Assembly: GCA_027491255.1 (NCBI GenBank) | Contig: JAIXWM010000120.1 | Location: 2,884 to 66,883 of the forward strand | Direction: 5' to 3' | DNA from: Rubrivivax sp. | Lineage (GTDB): Bacteria > Pseudomonadota > Gammaproteobacteria > Burkholderiales > Burkholderiaceae_C | Length of the DNA stretch: 64,000 bases | Shown: positions 19,848 through 28,513 of the stretch, in pieces | Layout: every line of letters starts with the position of its first letter | Numbering within the stretch: position 1 is the first letter of the stretch | Translations under genes and position numbers: made by a program | Notes under the pieces: model-generated | Databases searched by the model: none | Seen by the model: the letters and a program-made list of their open reading frames with translations, nothing else | Told to the model about the DNA's origin: nothing

Positions 19848-21431
19848 TCAGTTCGGTGCGAGCCAGACGTCGGCGAAGCCCCCGTAGACCCCGTCGGCCA
19901 GCGTCGCGTGGTTGCGCACGCGCTTGTTGAAGACCGTGAACTGGTCGATCGCCACCAGCGGGATCACCGGCAGCTCGGTAGCGAGGATGCGCTGGATCGC
20001 GGCGAAGTGGCGCTTGCGCACCAGCGGATCCTGGTTCACCGAGGCCTGCTCGAAGTACTGGTCCAGGCTGGCGTTGCGGAAGTGCGTGCCGTTGGTGAAG
20101 GGGGTGCCGGGCACGATGTTCTTCGACGAGTAGGCGCGCTCGATGCCGATGGACGGGTCGGAGGCGTTGGTCAGTGCCGAGAGGTTGATCGCCCAGTCGC
20201 GTCCGGTCCAGATGCGGCGCACCCAGGTGGCGAAGTCGGTGGAGCGAACGTCGGCGTCGATGCCGATCTGCGTGAACTGCTGGCGCACGTACTGCGCCAC
20301 CTTCGGGTACTGGTCGCCGAAGGGCACGAAATCGATCGTCAGCTTGAAGCGCTTGCCGTCGGCGCCGCGCTTCAGCCCGGCTTCGTCGAGTAGTTGCTCG
20401 GCCCGGGCCGGGTCGTAGGGGTACTGTGGCACGCCGTCGGTGTGGGCCTGGCGCAGCCCGTAGTGCACCGGCGAGCTTGCCACGCGGCCGAATCCCATCC
20501 AGACGTTGTCGAGGATGAACTTGCGGTCGATCGCATGCGCGAGGGCGCGCCGCACCTCGGCCCGGCCGACGATGGGGTGCTGGGTGTTGAACTCGGCAAA
20601 CGACACCGTGGAGTCGAAGTGGTAGCCGTCGGTCGTCAAGGCCAGGTGCGGCAGGCCGCCCAGGCGGCGTGCGTCGGAGGCGGCCACGGTGCTGTGGAAG
20701 ACCATGTCGACCGCGCGCGACTCCACGGCCGCGCCGCGCGCCTGCGTGTCGGGGATGACGCGGAAGACGATGCGGTCCAGATGGGGCTTGCCCGGCTCGA
20801 AGTAGTTGGGATTGCGCACGAGCACGATGCTGTCGCCGCGCCGCCACTCGCTGAACATGAAGGGGCCGGTGCCCACCGGGCGGCTGTTGGCCGGGTTGCG
20901 GCGGATGTCGGTGTTGTCGTACAGGTGGGCCGGCAGGATGGTGGCCGTGGCCACCGGCAGCGCCGACATCAGCGCCGCGGCAGGCTGGCGCATCACCAGC
21001 ACCGCCGTGTGCGCGTCGGGCGTCTGCACCGACTCGACATTGGCGAAGGTCGTGCGCACGAGGCCGTTGTTCGGCCCGAAGCCCTTCGTGATCGAAAACG
21101 CGACGTCGGCCGAGGTGAAGTCCCGGCCGTCGTGCCACTTGACGCCCTTGCGCAGCCGGAAGGTGATCGTGCGGCCGTCGGGCGCGACCGACCAGGACTC
21201 GGCCAGGTCGGGCTGCATGTTCATGTTCAGGTCGTACTTGACCAGACCGCTGTAGATCTTGCCGGCGACGATCTTGACCTGCTGCGTGGTGTCGATCGCC
21301 GAGTTCAGGTGCGCGGGCTCGGTGGGCAGCGCGATCGTCAGCGTGCCACCGCGCACGGGGGCCTGGGCGTGGCCGGGCAGCAGGTGCAGTGCCGTCAGCG
21401 CGGCCAGCAGCAGCTTCATCGTCGTGCGCAT
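19848..21431 (-). CDS. Peptide ABC transporter substrate-binding protein (family 5)
   Basis: Signal peptide; PDLAESW, FRLRKGVKWHDG, PVGTGPF, VRRALAHAIDR. Confidence 0.95.
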   Translation of the reverse strand: MRTTMKLLLAALTALHLLPGHAQAPVRGGTLTIALPTEPAHLNSAIDTTQQVKIVAGKIYSGLVKYDLNMNMQPDLAESWSVAPDGRTITFRLRKGVKWHDGRDFTSADVAFSITKGFGPNNGLVRTTFANVESVQTPDAHTAVLVMRQPAAALMSALPVATATILPAHLYDNTDIRRNPANSRPVGTGPFMFSEWRRGDSIVLVRNPNYFEPGKPHLDRIVFRVIPDTQARGAAVESRAVDMVFHSTVAASDARRLGGLPHLALTTDGYHFDSTVSFAEFNTQHPIVGRAEVRRALAHAIDRKFILDNVWMGFGRVASSPVHYGLRQAHTDGVPQYPYDPARAEQLLDEAGLKRGADGKRFKLTIDFVPFGDQYPKVAQYVRQQFTQIGIDADVRSTDFATWVRRIWTGRDWAINLSALTNASDPSIGIERAYSSKNIVPGTPFTNGTHFRNASLDQYFEQASVNQDPLVRKRHFAAIQRILATELPVIPLVAIDQFTVFNKRVRNHATLADGVYGGFADVWLAPN

Positions 21432-21492
21432 CGAGGGGGTTCCTTTGCTTCGGGGATGGTCTTGGAAATCCTAGCACGCAGGGGGGGCTTGC

Positions 21493-21505
21493 GTACAATT
21501 TGTAC
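21493..21505. promoter_or_regulatory. Palindromic operator-like site in the oppA/VOC divergent promoter
   Basis: GTACA-ATT-TGTAC, an AT-rich inverted repeat in a 127-bp divergent intergenic region. Confidence 0.45.
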
Positions 21506-21558
21506 TCCTTCTGGGAAACCCTTCCTTCATGTGGGCCCTGTCCCGACCGGGGAATCGT

Positions 21559-22440
21559 ATGCAAAGTGCACCACCCGCCCCCGATCCCGTCGATCTGGAC
21601 CATGTCGGCTTCATCGTCCCCGAACTGCAGGCCGCACAAGCCCTGTTCGACGGCCTGGGCTTCACGCTGACGGCACGGGCGGCCCATACCAAGCGCGACG
21701 CGCAGGGCCGTGTGGTGTCGGCCGGCAGCGCTCAGCACTCGGTGATGTTCGACACCGGCTACATCGAGCTGATGCAGATCACCGACCCGCAGGCCGGCCA
21801 CCAGCTCACGCCGGCGATGCGCGAGCGCTTCGGCCTGCACGTGCTCGCGCTGGGCACGCCCGACGCCACCGCCTGCCACGCGGCGCGGCAGCGCGCGGGG
21901 CTGGAGGTGGGCGCCGTGATGGACTGGTCGCGCGCGGTCAGCACGCCCGAGCGCTCGGGCCTGGCGCGCTTCCTGTACTTCGACACGCGCTGGAGCCCTG
22001 GCGACCCGTCCTACCTGTGCTGGGTCCACCACGCCACACCCGAGCTCGTGCGCTCGCCCTCGCTGCTGCGGCACGCCAACGGCGCGCTTTCTCTGCGCGG
22101 CCTGCACTACGCGGGCCCGCGTGCGGCGCTGCACGCCTGGGGCGGACGGTTGCGGCAGGCGGGCGCGCAGGCGCCCGCGGGCTTCGACGGCGAAAGGCGC
22201 CTGACGCTTGGCGCGAGCTGGATCGAGCTGCGCGCCGACGAGGCGATGACGCGCGTGTTGCCGGTCGGGATGACGCTGGGTTTCTCCACGCTCGGGCCGT
22301 TGCGCGCCGCGGCGGCGCGGCTGGGCCTGCCGATGGCGACCCGCCCGGAGGGCGCGGTCGACATCGATCTCGGTGCCGCCTGCGGTCTGGTGCTGCACGC
22401 GGTGCAGGAAAGCGCGCCGAACGCGGCCGCACCGAGCTGA
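21559..22440 (+). CDS. VOC / glyoxalase-like domain protein
   Basis: DLDHVGF, LGFTLT, GYIELM, ELVRSPSLLRHANGA pattern of Glyoxalase_3-type proteins. Confidence 0.8.
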   Translation: MQSAPPAPDPVDLDHVGFIVPELQAAQALFDGLGFTLTARAAHTKRDAQGRVVSAGSAQHSVMFDTGYIELMQITDPQAGHQLTPAMRERFGLHVLALGTPDATACHAARQRAGLEVGAVMDWSRAVSTPERSGLARFLYFDTRWSPGDPSYLCWVHHATPELVRSPSLLRHANGALSLRGLHYAGPRAALHAWGGRLRQAGAQAPAGFDGERRLTLGASWIELRADEAMTRVLPVGMTLGFSTLGPLRAAAARLGLPMATRPEGAVDIDLGAACGLVLHAVQESAPNAAAPS

Positions 22441-22510
22441 CGGCCCGGGCTTGCCCGTTCTTCGCCGGGCGGTCCGCAGCGACGCCCCGGGCGGTCAGCG
22501 GCGGCGGCGG

Positions 22511-24505
22511 TCAGCCCGGCTGCTGCGCCCACCAGGCGTCGACCACCTCGCCCAGCGTCGGCGTCCAGGCCTGTGGCTGGGCGCAGGCGTGCGCGAGCAC
22601 GCGCTCGAACATGGCGATGCGCAGCGGCGCGCCCAGCACCCAGGGGCGCACGCAGAAGTGCAGCAGCCGGGCCGAGCGCCCGGCGTCGACGGCGAGGTGG
22701 TCCAACGCCTTGATGAAGTGGTCCTCCATCATGTCCAGGTTGCACATGCGGTTGATCAGCACCGTCTGGTCGTCGAAGTCGGCCCACAGCGGCGTGGCCA
22801 CCAGGCGCCCCGGCGCCGTCATGCGGTAGGGCTGCTCGTCGTTGGCCCAGTCGCTGAGGTATTCCACGCCGGCCTCCCCGAGCAGCTGCGGGGTTCGCGT
22901 GGACTCGCTGTAGTCGGCGCCGAACCAGCCGCGCGTGGCGATGCCGCAACCCTGCAGCCGTTGCAGGGTCTGCGCGATGTAGGCCCGTTCCTCCTGCAGG
23001 GTCATGGCACTGGTCTGCGGGCGTGTCACGCTCAGGCCGTGGGCCACGAACTCCGCGCCGTCGGCGCGCAGCACGTCGACGAGGTCGGGGTAGTCCTCGG
23101 CCGTCAGCGCGTCGATCGCCACCGTCGGGCGGATGCCGTGGCGGCGCAGCGCGTCCAGCAGGCGGAAGATGCCGACGCGGTGGCCGTATTCGCGCGTGGA
23201 CACGCGCGAGATGTTGGGGAACTCGCGCGCCAGCCCGCCGCCCACGGTGCGCACCTGCGGCCAGCCCGGCGGCAGCGGGTCCTCGTAGGACTCGAGCACG
23301 ATCAGCGGCACGACGGCCAGGTTGCGCCCGCCGGGCCATTGCAGCGATGGGCGGGCGGGCCAGGGCTGCCAGGGCAGGTGCGGGTGGTCGTAGCCGGGCC
23401 GGCGCTGCGCGGGCCAGGGGCCGCCGTCCACCGGCGTGGTGGCCAGCGCCGATGGCGCGGCGCTGGCCGAGGGTGCAATCGAAGGCACAGGCGACGGCGC
23501 GGGCGCCGGTGTCAGGGCAGTTCCCTGCGCACCCCCCGGCACGGGCGCCGGCACGGACGTGCGCCGCGCCGCCTGACGCGCGTGGTAGTCCTCGGCGAAG
23601 CTCAGTTGCGTATCGTGGTGATGGTCGAGGAAGTGCTGCGCGATCTCGTCGCCGGTGGCAAACCACACGCCGTCGTGCGCGCAGAGGTGGTCCAGGACCT
23701 GGCGCAGGTGGCCCACGTGGTGCGGCTGGCCGATCTGGTAGGGGTGCAGCGCGATGCAGTACACCCGCCCGCCGTCGGCGCTCTCGGCGTACAGGCGGTC
23801 GAAGGCGTCGATGCAGGCCTGCACGAAATAGCGTCCGCCGTAGGGCCGACCGTCCCACAGCGGGGCGTCGTTGAGCTCGTAGGAATAGGGCATCGAGATC
23901 AGGCGCTGCCCGGGCACGATGATGGGCACCGGCACGTCGTCGTGCACCCAGTCCGCGTGGTAGCTCAGGCCGGCTTCGGCGATCAGGCGCGGCGTCAGTG
24001 CGGTATTCGTGATCGCCGGCGTCAGGATGCCCTTCAGCGCCTGGCCGGTGTGGCGGGCGAGCGTCTGGACGTTGTCGCGGTAGAAGGCGCGCTCCTGTTC
24101 CTCGTCCATGCCATAGAGGAAGCGCGTGTTGTACAGGCCGTGGCTCATCACGCCCCAGCCGCGGTCGCGGATCAGCTGCGCGATCTCCGGGAAGTGGTCC
24201 AGCAGCGCCAGGTTCAGCGAGGCCGTGGCGCGTACCGGGTACTCGCGCAGCACCTCGTCCATGCGCCAGATGCCCACGCGGTTGCCGTAGTCGCGAAAGC
24301 CGTACTCGCGCACGTCCGGGTGCGAGGGCACGCGGTCCCAGGTCTCGCGGCCCACGGCCGGCGGCGGGGTGTACTCGTAGAACTCGACGTTGGGGACGAT
24401 CCACACCGCCAGCCGCTTGCCGCCCGGCCAGCTGACGGGCGGGCGCCTGGTGACGGGGACATAACGGACGAAGTCCTTGATGGAGCGGGGCGCGGGCGTG
24501 GGCAT
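22511..24505 (-). CDS. Tandem CE4/polysaccharide-deacetylase (PuuE-like) double-domain protein
   Basis: Two copies of the WPGG-x2-LAV / YG-x-RVGI-x-R / HG / SxPY / xHP scaffold joined by a Pro/Ala linker; 664 aa from ATG 24505. Confidence 0.85.
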   Translation of the reverse strand: MPTPAPRSIKDFVRYVPVTRRPPVSWPGGKRLAVWIVPNVEFYEYTPPPAVGRETWDRVPSHPDVREYGFRDYGNRVGIWRMDEVLREYPVRATASLNLALLDHFPEIAQLIRDRGWGVMSHGLYNTRFLYGMDEEQERAFYRDNVQTLARHTGQALKGILTPAITNTALTPRLIAEAGLSYHADWVHDDVPVPIIVPGQRLISMPYSYELNDAPLWDGRPYGGRYFVQACIDAFDRLYAESADGGRVYCIALHPYQIGQPHHVGHLRQVLDHLCAHDGVWFATGDEIAQHFLDHHHDTQLSFAEDYHARQAARRTSVPAPVPGGAQGTALTPAPAPSPVPSIAPSASAAPSALATTPVDGGPWPAQRRPGYDHPHLPWQPWPARPSLQWPGGRNLAVVPLIVLESYEDPLPPGWPQVRTVGGGLAREFPNISRVSTREYGHRVGIFRLLDALRRHGIRPTVAIDALTAEDYPDLVDVLRADGAEFVAHGLSVTRPQTSAMTLQEERAYIAQTLQRLQGCGIATRGWFGADYSESTRTPQLLGEAGVEYLSDWANDEQPYRMTAPGRLVATPLWADFDDQTVLINRMCNLDMMEDHFIKALDHLAVDAGRSARLLHFCVRPWVLGAPLRIAMFERVLAHACAQPQAWTPTLGEVVDAWWAQQPG

Positions 24506-24552
24506 GGGCGTGGGCTTGGGCGGGAAGGGGGCAGGGCCGGGCGGCGCGCCGC

Positions 24553-25923
24553 TCAGCCGGCCAGCAACCAGGGCAGGGCGCGCACGTCGGGCAGGGTGCC
24601 GAGCGTCCACAAGGAGCCTTGCAGTTCGCGCGCCTGGTTCCTGTCGATGCCGGCGTATCCGGTGCAGCCCATGAACTTGTCCCCGACCAGCGCTGCATCC
24701 AGCGGCCGGTCGGCGTGGCCCAGTGGCCGGCGCACCTGCGGCGAGGCAAGGACGCTGCCGTCGTCCAGGTGCACGAAGACCTGGTCGAAGGGCGCGGCGT
24801 CGCGCCAGCCGGGCTCGAAGTCTTCGGTCGTCTCCACGCGCACCGCCGCCATCAGGCGCTGCATCAGGGGCTCGCGCACGACCTCGTCGCGCAGCTCTGC
24901 AAAGCCCACCCGCCCGTGCACCAGGGCGCAGCACAGCGCGAACTGGAGGCTGAACTTGGCCTGCAGCGCGTCCTGCGGCAGGGCGTAGGGCATGACGGCG
25001 TAGTGGCGGCGGCTGACGTGGGCCACGAGCGCGCGCACGCGCCGCGGGTCCACCGCCTGCAGCTCGCGCAAGCCCAGCATCGCGTCGATGCCGCGCTGCG
25101 CCGCGCCGACCACAGGGTAGCGCTTCAGGTTCAGCCGGTACTGGCGGATGCGCCAGGGCGCGCCGCCCTCGAAGGGGGTGTCGAGATCGACCCGGCCCTG
25201 CGGCGAGAAGGCGCGCAGCATGCCGCGGCCGCCCTCGATGGCGGTCGGGCTGGCCTGCAGGCCGTGCGCGGCGAGCGTGGCGGCCTGCACGCCGACCTCG
25301 GCCGCGCGCCCGCCGTGGTAGGGCTTGGCCATGGTGCCGAAGTTCTCGAACACGCCGCCAGCGCTGGAGGCCGCGAGCGCGAGCGCATGGCGCGTGCGCT
25401 GCGCATCCAGACCCCAGACCACCGCGGTCGCGACCGTGGCCCCCAGCGTGCCCAGCACCGCCGTGGGATGCCAGCCACGGTCGTAGTAGAGGTCCTTCTC
25501 GCGGCCGAAGGCGTCGCCCCAGACCTCGTAGCCGGCGATGTAGGCGCGCAGCGCCAGCGCGCCCGATACCGGCTGCGTGCCCGCCTGTGCCGCGGCGAGG
25601 ATGGTGGGCACCAGCACCGCGCTCGGATGGTTGGAGAAGGCGAAGTCGTCGTAGTCCATCGCGTGCGCTGCGGTGGCGTTGACGCAGGCGGCCAGCGCCG
25701 CGGGCACCCGCTGCGCGCGCCCGGCCAGGCCCGCCTGCGCCGCGCCGCCCTGGGCGCAGGCCCAGCGGGCGAGCACGTCGACGACCGGCTCGCGCGCGCC
25801 GGCCAGCATCACACCGGTGGCGTCGACGAAGCCGGTGGTGGCCGTGTGCAGCGCCTCGTCGGGCGGGGTCAGTGCCGCGGCAGCGGCGGCGAAGTCGGCG
25901 TAGGCCTGGGTCAGTGCGGTCAT
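24553..25923 (-). CDS. MmgE/PrpD family protein
   Basis: NATAAHAMDYDD, HPSAVLVP, GWHPTAVLG, KPYHGG, QAKFS; alternative start at 25935. Confidence 0.92.
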   Translation of the reverse strand: MTALTQAYADFAAAAAALTPPDEALHTATTGFVDATGVMLAGAREPVVDVLARWACAQGGAAQAGLAGRAQRVPAALAACVNATAAHAMDYDDFAFSNHPSAVLVPTILAAAQAGTQPVSGALALRAYIAGYEVWGDAFGREKDLYYDRGWHPTAVLGTLGATVATAVVWGLDAQRTRHALALAASSAGGVFENFGTMAKPYHGGRAAEVGVQAATLAAHGLQASPTAIEGGRGMLRAFSPQGRVDLDTPFEGGAPWRIRQYRLNLKRYPVVGAAQRGIDAMLGLRELQAVDPRRVRALVAHVSRRHYAVMPYALPQDALQAKFSLQFALCCALVHGRVGFAELRDEVVREPLMQRLMAAVRVETTEDFEPGWRDAAPFDQVFVHLDDGSVLASPQVRRPLGHADRPLDAALVGDKFMGCTGYAGIDRNQARELQGSLWTLGTLPDVRALPWLLAG

Positions 25924-26391
25924 CCCCGTAACCATAAACCATCACCGGCGCGGCCGGGCAATCCGCGCGCACTCGCGCTCCGGGCTTTCTGCGTTGCGGG
26001 GCGTTGGCGCCTGCTCGGGAACCCTGCGTCGGGGTCGACCCTGCAGCGCTTGCCCTCGCGTCGCCGCTCAGCCCGGGTGGAAGGAGCCAGGACTCGTCAC
26101 GCCGGCCCTTCCGCCCTGGCGGTGAGCCGCCGCAGGGGCCGCGACCCTGTGGCTCGCCGCGCGCTCGCTCGCGCTGGCAAGCGCTTCAACGCGGGGTCTC
26201 GGTTCGATGTGGCGCGAGGCGCCGCGATCGTGGCGCTCACCGCCGTCGAAACACGGATCGAACGGCGTCCGCAGAGGGAGCCCGTGGGCCTGTTGCTGAA
26301 GAGATCCGAAGGACCGCTGCTTAAAATCCAACGCCAACAACGAGATCCGGCCCGCGTCGATGGGCCGACCGGACCAAGGAGACCTCCCGTC

Positions 26392-27723
26392 TTGGATGCA
26401 TGGCAGTGGTCGGCCGCCGAGGCCAGCGCGCGCATGGCGCAGGGCGTGCTCAGCAGCGAGGTTTATGTACGGTCCTGCCTCGAGCGGATCGCCCACCGGG
26501 AGGGCGACGTGCAGGCCTGGGCTCACCTCGATGCCGAGGCCGCCATCGCCCAGGCGCGGGCACGCGACCGCGAGCCGCGCCGCAGTCCGCTGCATGGCAT
26601 ACCGGTCGGCTTGAAGGACGTCATCCGTACCCGCGACCTGCCGACGACCTTCAACTCGCCGGTCTACGAAAACGGCGACGCGGCGTCGCCGCTGGTCTTT
26701 CCCCCCAACGAAGACGCGCACTGCGCGGCCGTGTTGCGGGCGCTGGGCGCCGTGATCCTGGGCAAGACGCAGACCCTGGAGTTCGCCTGCGGCGGGCGCT
26801 TCCCGCCCACGCGCAATCCCTGGGATCTCGGGCGCACGCCGGGGGGCTCCTCGTCGGGCTCGGGCGCGGCGGTGGCTGACGGCATGGTGCCGCTGGCGCT
26901 GGGCACCCAGACCGGCGGCTCGACGATACGCCCGGCTGCCTTCTGCGGCGCCTTCGGCATGAAGCCCACCTGGGGCCGCCTGCCCTTCGACGGGATCAAG
27001 AGCTTTGCCCCCCACCTCGACACCGTGGGTCTGTACGGCCGCAGCGTCGAAGACCTGCGGCTGCTGTGGCAGGCCTGGGGCCTGTCCGAGCCCGACGAGG
27101 ACGCGCGCCCGGTCGGGCCGGCGCGGGCGCTGCGCCTGGGCGTGTGCCGCACGCCGTTCTGGGACCAGGCCGAGGCGGCGGCCCAGCAGGCCTTCGAGGG
27201 CGCGCTGTCGCGCCTGTCGGCCGCGGGCGTGGTGCTCGTGCCCTGCGAACTCGGACAGGAACACGCCGCTGTCAACACCTGGCAGGACGAGATCATGCAG
27301 GATGGCGGGCGCAGCGCCTTTCGTCCCGAGATGCTGGCCGCGCCCGCGCTGCTGCACGAGGAATTCCAGCGCAAGCTCGGCAACCACCTCGGCCTGACGC
27401 CGGCGCGCATGCGCGCGGCGCTGGACGCCGTGGCGCGCTGCCGCATGGGCTTCGAGCACCGGCTCGAAGGCCTGGACGGCGTGCTCACCCCCAGCGCCCC
27501 GGGCGTGGCACCTTTGGGATTGCACACCCAGGGCCTGGCCGTGTTCAACCGTCTGTGGACGGCGCTGCAGGTGCCCTGCGTCAGCCTGCCGGTGCTTTGG
27601 AGTCCCGAGGGTCTGCCGCTGGGCCTGCAGCTCGTCGGCGCGCGCTACGAGGACGGGCGCCTGCTCGATGTGGCCGCCCGCGTCGCCACCCTTTTCGACC
27701 CTCCCCGCCACCCATGGAACTGA
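26392..27723 (+). CDS. Amidase signature family enzyme
   Basis: TTG start 26392 after AAGGAG; GLKD (Lys), PGGSSSGS, GTQTGGSTIRPAAFCG (Ser-cisSer-Lys triad). Confidence 0.93.
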   Translation: MDAWQWSAAEASARMAQGVLSSEVYVRSCLERIAHREGDVQAWAHLDAEAAIAQARARDREPRRSPLHGIPVGLKDVIRTRDLPTTFNSPVYENGDAASPLVFPPNEDAHCAAVLRALGAVILGKTQTLEFACGGRFPPTRNPWDLGRTPGGSSSGSGAAVADGMVPLALGTQTGGSTIRPAAFCGAFGMKPTWGRLPFDGIKSFAPHLDTVGLYGRSVEDLRLLWQAWGLSEPDEDARPVGPARALRLGVCRTPFWDQAEAAAQQAFEGALSRLSAAGVVLVPCELGQEHAAVNTWQDEIMQDGGRSAFRPEMLAAPALLHEEFQRKLGNHLGLTPARMRAALDAVARCRMGFEHRLEGLDGVLTPSAPGVAPLGLHTQGLAVFNRLWTALQVPCVSLPVLWSPEGLPLGLQLVGARYEDGRLLDVAARVATLFDPPRHPWN

Positions 27724-28445
27724 CCGACCGCCAGACCGAGCCTGACCTCGCCACGCAGCGCGCCGACGCGCGCCACGCCTTCCGCATCATGAGCGCCGGT
27801 GGCGTGGCCATCCTGCCGCTGTCGGTGTCCTACGCGATCTTCGCCCATACCGCACTCGCGGTGGAGCGCATCTACGCGCTCAAGCAGCGTCCGCAGACCA
27901 AGCCCAACGGTGTGATCGGCAACTGGGACATCTTCACCGAGGTCTTCGATTGCAGCGAGCGCGACCGCAGCCTGGTGAAGTGCCTGACGCTGGACCACGA
28001 CCTGCCGTTGTCGGTGGTGGCGCCTTTCCGCGCCGACCACGACTGGCTGCGCACGGTGGAGTTCGGTGCGCTGCGCCGTTCGTCCAAGAACGGCACGATG
28101 GACCTGCTGATGAACGCGGGCCCGCTGCACAACGAGCTGGCGCGCCTGAGCCTGGATTCATGCCGCCCGCTGATGGGCTCGTCGGCCAACCGCTCGGGCA
28201 CGGGCAGCAAGTTCAGGCTGGAGGACCTCGAGGCACCGCTGCGCGAGGGCTGCGACCTCGTGCTCGGCTACGGCACCTCGCCCCACATCAACGACTTCGG
28301 CATGGGCAGCACCATCATCGAGCTGCCCTCCTGGCGCGTGCTGCGCTGGGGCGGGCTGTTCGAGCGGCAGGCGTCCATCGTCGAGCGTGAGTTCGGCCAC
28401 ACCTTCCCGCCGCGGCCCACCAGCGGGCCGTGGAGTCTGGTCTGA
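27714..28445 (+). CDS. YrdC/Sua5/TsaC-like protein (divergent paralog)
   Basis: GGVAILP-x3-YAI, VERIYALKQRP-x2-KP (KxR), SSANRSG (SxN), GMGSTII; overlaps the amidase by 10 nt. Confidence 0.75.
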   Translation: MELTDRQTEPDLATQRADARHAFRIMSAGGVAILPLSVSYAIFAHTALAVERIYALKQRPQTKPNGVIGNWDIFTEVFDCSERDRSLVKCLTLDHDLPLSVVAPFRADHDWLRTVEFGALRRSSKNGTMDLLMNAGPLHNELARLSLDSCRPLMGSSANRSGTGSKFRLEDLEAPLREGCDLVLGYGTSPHINDFGMGSTIIELPSWRVLRWGGLFERQASIVEREFGHTFPPRPTSGPWSLV

Positions 28446-28513
28446 ACTTCCCCGGGTTTTCCTTCTTCCAGGTGCGCCATTGAGCCCGCCTTCGGACACG
28501 GCGGAAAAATCGC

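Noticed and set aside
22511-25972. Single 1153-aa ORF covering both PrpD and PuuE-like regions
   Set aside because: The upstream half is an off-frame shadow of the PrpD gene; recognisable sequence starts at ATG 24505.
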